Position numbers and translations under genes: made by a program. A stretch of DNA of 62,750 bases, the filler included. It is 3 parts of 3 records of this genome, joined end to end, with 100 filler letters (N's around TTAATTAATTAA, not from the genome) between each part and the next. Parts side by side here need not be neighbours in the genome. Positions count along the whole stretch, not along the records: positions 56,540 to 62,750 come from SRR22947727_260; 2 more parts are not named here. One strand, written 5' to 3'. Positions within the stretch are counted from its first letter, which is position 1; each line of letters opens with the position of its first letter. The notes beneath the pieces were generated by a model. It made no database searches. It saw nothing but the letters and a program-made list of their open reading frames with translations, and was not told where the DNA came from. This document shows positions 59,482-62,750 of the stretch, piece after piece.

Positions 59482-60503
59482 AACTTTAAACCTAATCTTT
59501 TAAAAAATTTCTTTTTTGAAAAATTTTCAAAAAAAACATAATTGTTATAATACCAGTCAAAAGTTTCTTTTAAACCAGTTTCAAAATTCTTTGAAGGTCG
59601 CCATTTAAGAGTACTGGTAATTTTTTTACAATCCAAAGCATATCTTAAATCGTGTCCAGGTCTATCTTTAACAAATTTAATTTTCACTTTATTACCAATT
59701 TTTATTTTTTTATCTTTAACTACTTTCAACAATAATTTGGTTAAATTAAGATTGCTATAATCATTTCCCGTGCCAATATTGTAGCTTTCACCTGATTTAC
59801 CTTTTTTATAAATATCAAACAATCCACTGCAGTGATCTTCCACGTATATCCATTCTCTCGAATTAATTCCTTTTCCATAGATTGGTAGAGGACTATTGTT
59901 TAAAATGTTAAAGATCAAAGTAGGAATTAGTTTTTCTGGAAATTGGCCTGGACCAAAATTATTACAACAATTAGAAATAACTGCGTCGATATTATATGTT
60001 CTCGAATATGACTTTATTAAATGATCTGAACTAGCTTTGCTGGCCGAATATGGCGAACTTGGTTGATAAGGACTTTCTTCATTTGATCTATATTTTTTTT
60101 TAATGTCACCATAAACTTCATCTGTTGAGATATGAATTAATCTAATTTTTTTTTTATATTTTTTTTCATAATTTCTCATTTGTTCTAAAATATTAAAAGT
60201 GCCAATAATATTTGAATTAATAAAATCCTTGGGAGAGTCAATTGATCTATCAACATGCGTTTCTGCCGCTAAGTTGAAAATCGCATTAGGTTTATATTTG
60301 TTTAAAATATTTCTGATTTTTTTACTGTTAATATCAAGTTTGTAAAATTTATAATTAACATTTTTTATGTCACGTAATAAGTAAGATTTTTTTGAGTAGG
60401 CATTTTTATCAATATTAATAATGAAGAACTTTTTACGTAAAAGAAAATTAATCAAATTACTTCCAATAAAACCATTTCCACCCGTAATAATAATTTTTTT
60501 CAT
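59478..60503 (-). CDS. rmlB: dTDP-glucose 4,6-dehydratase
   Basis: TGGNGFIGS, AAETHVDRSI, HISTDEVYG, PYSASKA, DRPGHD.RY. Confidence 0.96.
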   Translation of the reverse strand: MKKIIITGGNGFIGSNLINFLLRKKFFIINIDKNAYSKKSYLLRDIKNVNYKFYKLDINSKKIRNILNKYKPNAIFNLAAETHVDRSIDSPKDFINSNIIGTFNILEQMRNYEKKYKKKIRLIHISTDEVYGDIKKKYRSNEESPYQPSSPYSASKASSDHLIKSYSRTYNIDAVISNCCNNFGPGQFPEKLIPTLIFNILNNSPLPIYGKGINSREWIYVEDHCSGLFDIYKKGKSGESYNIGTGNDYSNLNLTKLLLKVVKDKKIKIGNKVKIKFVKDRPGHDLRYALDCKKITSTLKWRPSKNFETGLKETFDWYYNNYVFFENFSKKKFFKRLGLKL

Positions 60504-60588
60504 CAAAATTTAGATTTTAGAGACATATTTTAATATATATACTGTATTAAAATAGATATTTGTTTAAAGCAATATTATAAATTTAATA

Positions 60589-61440
60589 ATGAGTAATAAT
60601 AAAATTACGATAGTAATCAATACGTTTAAAAGTGAAGATAAAATTCACAATTGCTTAAAGTCAATTGACAACAACTTTAAAGTCATAGTGGTAGAAAATT
60701 CAAAAAATATGAACTTTAAAAATGAGCTTGAAAATAAATATTTAAATGTCGAATGTGTTCTTGCCGGTGAAAATTTAGGATACGCGAAAGGAAATAATTT
60801 AGGATTATCTAAAGTAGTAAGTCAATATGCTCTTATTTTAAATCCCGATGCAATGCTTGAAAAGAATACTTTAGATAATTTTTTAATTTGTGCAAAAAAA
60901 ATTAATGACTTTGCAATAATAGGTCCTGCGAAACAAAATGAATTTAGTACAGAAGATGAAAATAAACATAAAGAAAATATTTTTTCAGTGGAAAAATTAA
61001 AAGGATTCGCCATGTTTTTAAATCTTGAACAGTTTAAAGATATTGGTTTTTTTGATAAAAATTTTTTTATTTATCTTGAGGAAATAGATTTATGTAAAAG
61101 ACTTAGACAAAAGAATAAAAAAATTTACTTGGATAAAAATATTAAAATTCACCATTTAGGAGGTAGCTCGCATAATGATCTTATAAATTTTGAGATGGAG
61201 CTATCACGAAATTGGCATTGGATGTGGTCAACTTTCTATTTTAATAAAAAACATTATGGTTTCTTTAACTCTTTATTTAAGATTAGTGGTAAATTTTTTT
61301 CGTCAATATTTAAGTATTTTTTTTATGCTTTAATATTTAATCATAAAAAAAAAAAAATTTATTCACATCGTTTTTCAGGATTAATTCATTCTATCATTGG
61401 TAATAATTCCTGGTATAGACCAAAAATAATAATCAATTGA
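60589..61440 (+). CDS. Glycosyltransferase family 2 (rhamnosyltransferase-like)
   Basis: VVEN, NLGYAKGNN, LILNPD, FDKNFFIYLEEIDLC.R, HLGG.S. Confidence 0.9.
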   Translation: MSNNKITIVINTFKSEDKIHNCLKSIDNNFKVIVVENSKNMNFKNELENKYLNVECVLAGENLGYAKGNNLGLSKVVSQYALILNPDAMLEKNTLDNFLICAKKINDFAIIGPAKQNEFSTEDENKHKENIFSVEKLKGFAMFLNLEQFKDIGFFDKNFFIYLEEIDLCKRLRQKNKKIYLDKNIKIHHLGGSSHNDLINFEMELSRNWHWMWSTFYFNKKHYGFFNSLFKISGKFFSSIFKYFFYALIFNHKKKKIYSHRFSGLIHSIIGNNSWYRPKIIIN

Positions 61441-61471
61441 TAAAAGAAAAATTTTATATATAAAAACTTTT

Positions 61472-62488
61472 ATGCCTTCAAAAAGTAAAAAAATTTTAGT
61501 CACTGGAGTGGCAGGTTTTCTAGGCTCTCATCTGGCAGAAAAACTTGTTCAAATGGGGCATGCTGTTGTTGGTATAGATAACATGTTAGGTGGCTACGAT
61601 GATAACGTACCAAAAAATATTGAATTTCATAAAGGTGACTGCTGTGATTTTGAAAAAATTAAATCAATAATGAAAGGTGTTGATGTTGTTTACCATTGTG
61701 CAGCAACTGCGCACGAGGGTTTGTCTGTATTCTCTCCATACGAAATTACAAAAAATAATTATCTTGCCTCTGTTTCAATTTTTTCTGCTGCAGTAAATGA
61801 AAAAGTTAAAAGAATAATTTTTTGTTCTTCCATGGCTAGATACGGTGGTCAACAAACACCTTTTACAGAGGAGATGAAGCCTACACCTGTTGATCCCTAC
61901 GCAATCTCAAAAGTCGCTTCAGAAGAAGTGCTTAAAAATCTTTGCGATCTAAATAACATTGAATGGGTGATTGCAGTACCTCATAATATAATTGGACCAA
62001 GACAAAAATATGACGATCCTTTTAGAAACGTTGTTTCAATAATGATTAATAGAATGATGCAAGGTAAGGCGCCTATAATTTATGGAGACGGTGAACAAAC
62101 AAGATGCTTTTCTTATATAGATGACTGTTTAAGTTGTTTGTTACCAATGCTAGACCAAAAAAATCTTAATAAACAAACAATTAATATTGGACCAGATGAA
62201 GAATTTGTTACTATTAATAAGATTGCTGAGATTTGCTCAAATCTTACAGGAGTAAATTTAGAACCAATTCACAAAAAAGATAGACCACAGGAAGTCAAAC
62301 ATGCAACTTGTTCGGCTGATAAAGCTAGATCTTTGTTGAACTATAAAACAACAGTTTCACTAAATGATGGTATTAAAAAAACTTTTGAGTATATAAAAAA
62401 AAGAGGCACTAGACCTTTTGATTATAATATTAGTATTGAAATCAATAATGAATTAACACCTACTACTTGGAAGAATAAAGAGATTTAA
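61472..62488 (+). CDS. NAD-dependent epimerase/dehydratase
   Basis: TGVAGFLGS, HCAA, CSSMARYG, PYAISK, IYGDGEQTRCF. Confidence 0.92.
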   Translation: MPSKSKKILVTGVAGFLGSHLAEKLVQMGHAVVGIDNMLGGYDDNVPKNIEFHKGDCCDFEKIKSIMKGVDVVYHCAATAHEGLSVFSPYEITKNNYLASVSIFSAAVNEKVKRIIFCSSMARYGGQQTPFTEEMKPTPVDPYAISKVASEEVLKNLCDLNNIEWVIAVPHNIIGPRQKYDDPFRNVVSIMINRMMQGKAPIIYGDGEQTRCFSYIDDCLSCLLPMLDQKNLNKQTINIGPDEEFVTINKIAEICSNLTGVNLEPIHKKDRPQEVKHATCSADKARSLLNYKTTVSLNDGIKKTFEYIKKRGTRPFDYNISIEINNELTPTTWKNKEI

Positions 62489-62748
62489 TGTCCAGGAAAT
62501 TCAATTAAGCTTTTTGTATAGTATCCCTTAGTTTTCAAAAGGTTGTCACCAGGTAAATCAAAAAGATTAATGACAAATATAAAGCCTGCTACTTTTCCTC
62601 CTGAAATTTCAATTAGTTTAGCAGCTGCTTCAGCGGTTCCCCCGGTAGCTATTAAATCATCTATAATTAAAATTTTCTCATTTTTTTCTATAGAGTCTTT
62701 GTGCACTTCTATTGTAGCTTTTCCATATTCAAGTTCAAAATCTACAGA
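62485..62748 (-). CDS. apt: Adenine phosphoribosyltransferase, 3' part (truncated by window edge)
   Basis: FELEYG, PRPP-binding LIIDDLIATGGT. Confidence 0.93.
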   Translation of the reverse strand, partial: SVDFELEYGKATIEVHKDSIEKNEKILIIDDLIATGGTAEAAAKLIEISGGKVAGFIFVINLFDLPGDNLLKTKGYYTKSLIEFPGH

Positions 62749-62750
62749 AT

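Noticed and set aside
1-62750. CRISPR arrays, IS elements, integrases, rRNA genes, inteins
   Set aside because: I saw no regularly spaced DNA repeats, transposase or integrase motifs, rRNA-like segments or intein insertions; almost all sequence is accounted for by coding genes.

Overview
This window is not one continuous locus. It is three contigs joined by artificial 100-nt spacers (N44-TTAATTAATTAA-N44 at 26900-26999 and 56440-56539). Contig 1 (1-26899) looks like a streamlined marine gammaproteobacterium (SAR86-like, inferred from gene content and order). It carries the end of a TonB-dependent receptor, a thioesterase, an EEP nuclease, a cupin, metY behind a SAM-II-type riboswitch, a full ccmA-I operon, smc-zipA-DNA ligase, an M16C peptidase, an alkyl sulfatase, mdh, alkB, an SDR, a GST and partial nrdB. 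Contig 2 (27000-56439) is alphaproteobacterial core genome: pyrG-secG-tpiA, ppiD-trpEGDC-moaC-lexA-gltX-gltA, and the proS-lolE/D-dnaE-rpsB-tsf-pyrH-frr-uppS-cdsA-dxr-bamA-skp-lpxD-fabZ-lpxA/I/B run. It includes a perfect alpha-type SOS box and an rpsB leader. Contig 3 (56540-62750) is a very AT-rich, Pelagibacter-like polysaccharide-island flank: tRNA 3' end, DUF4422, rmlBADC, GT2, an epimerase and apt. The strongest candidate for an undescribed system is the remodelled smc-zipA-lig locus. Its SMC has no recognisable hinge or zinc hook, both coiled-coil arms were lengthened by separate tandem duplications (120 and 143 aa), and an ATP-dependent ligase sits where NAD-dependent ligA normally is. 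Also notable are a SAM-II aptamer with a strand-exchange expression platform and an MDH with a 6-residue insertion in its specificity loop. All family and taxon calls come from motif recognition by eye; no database search was run.
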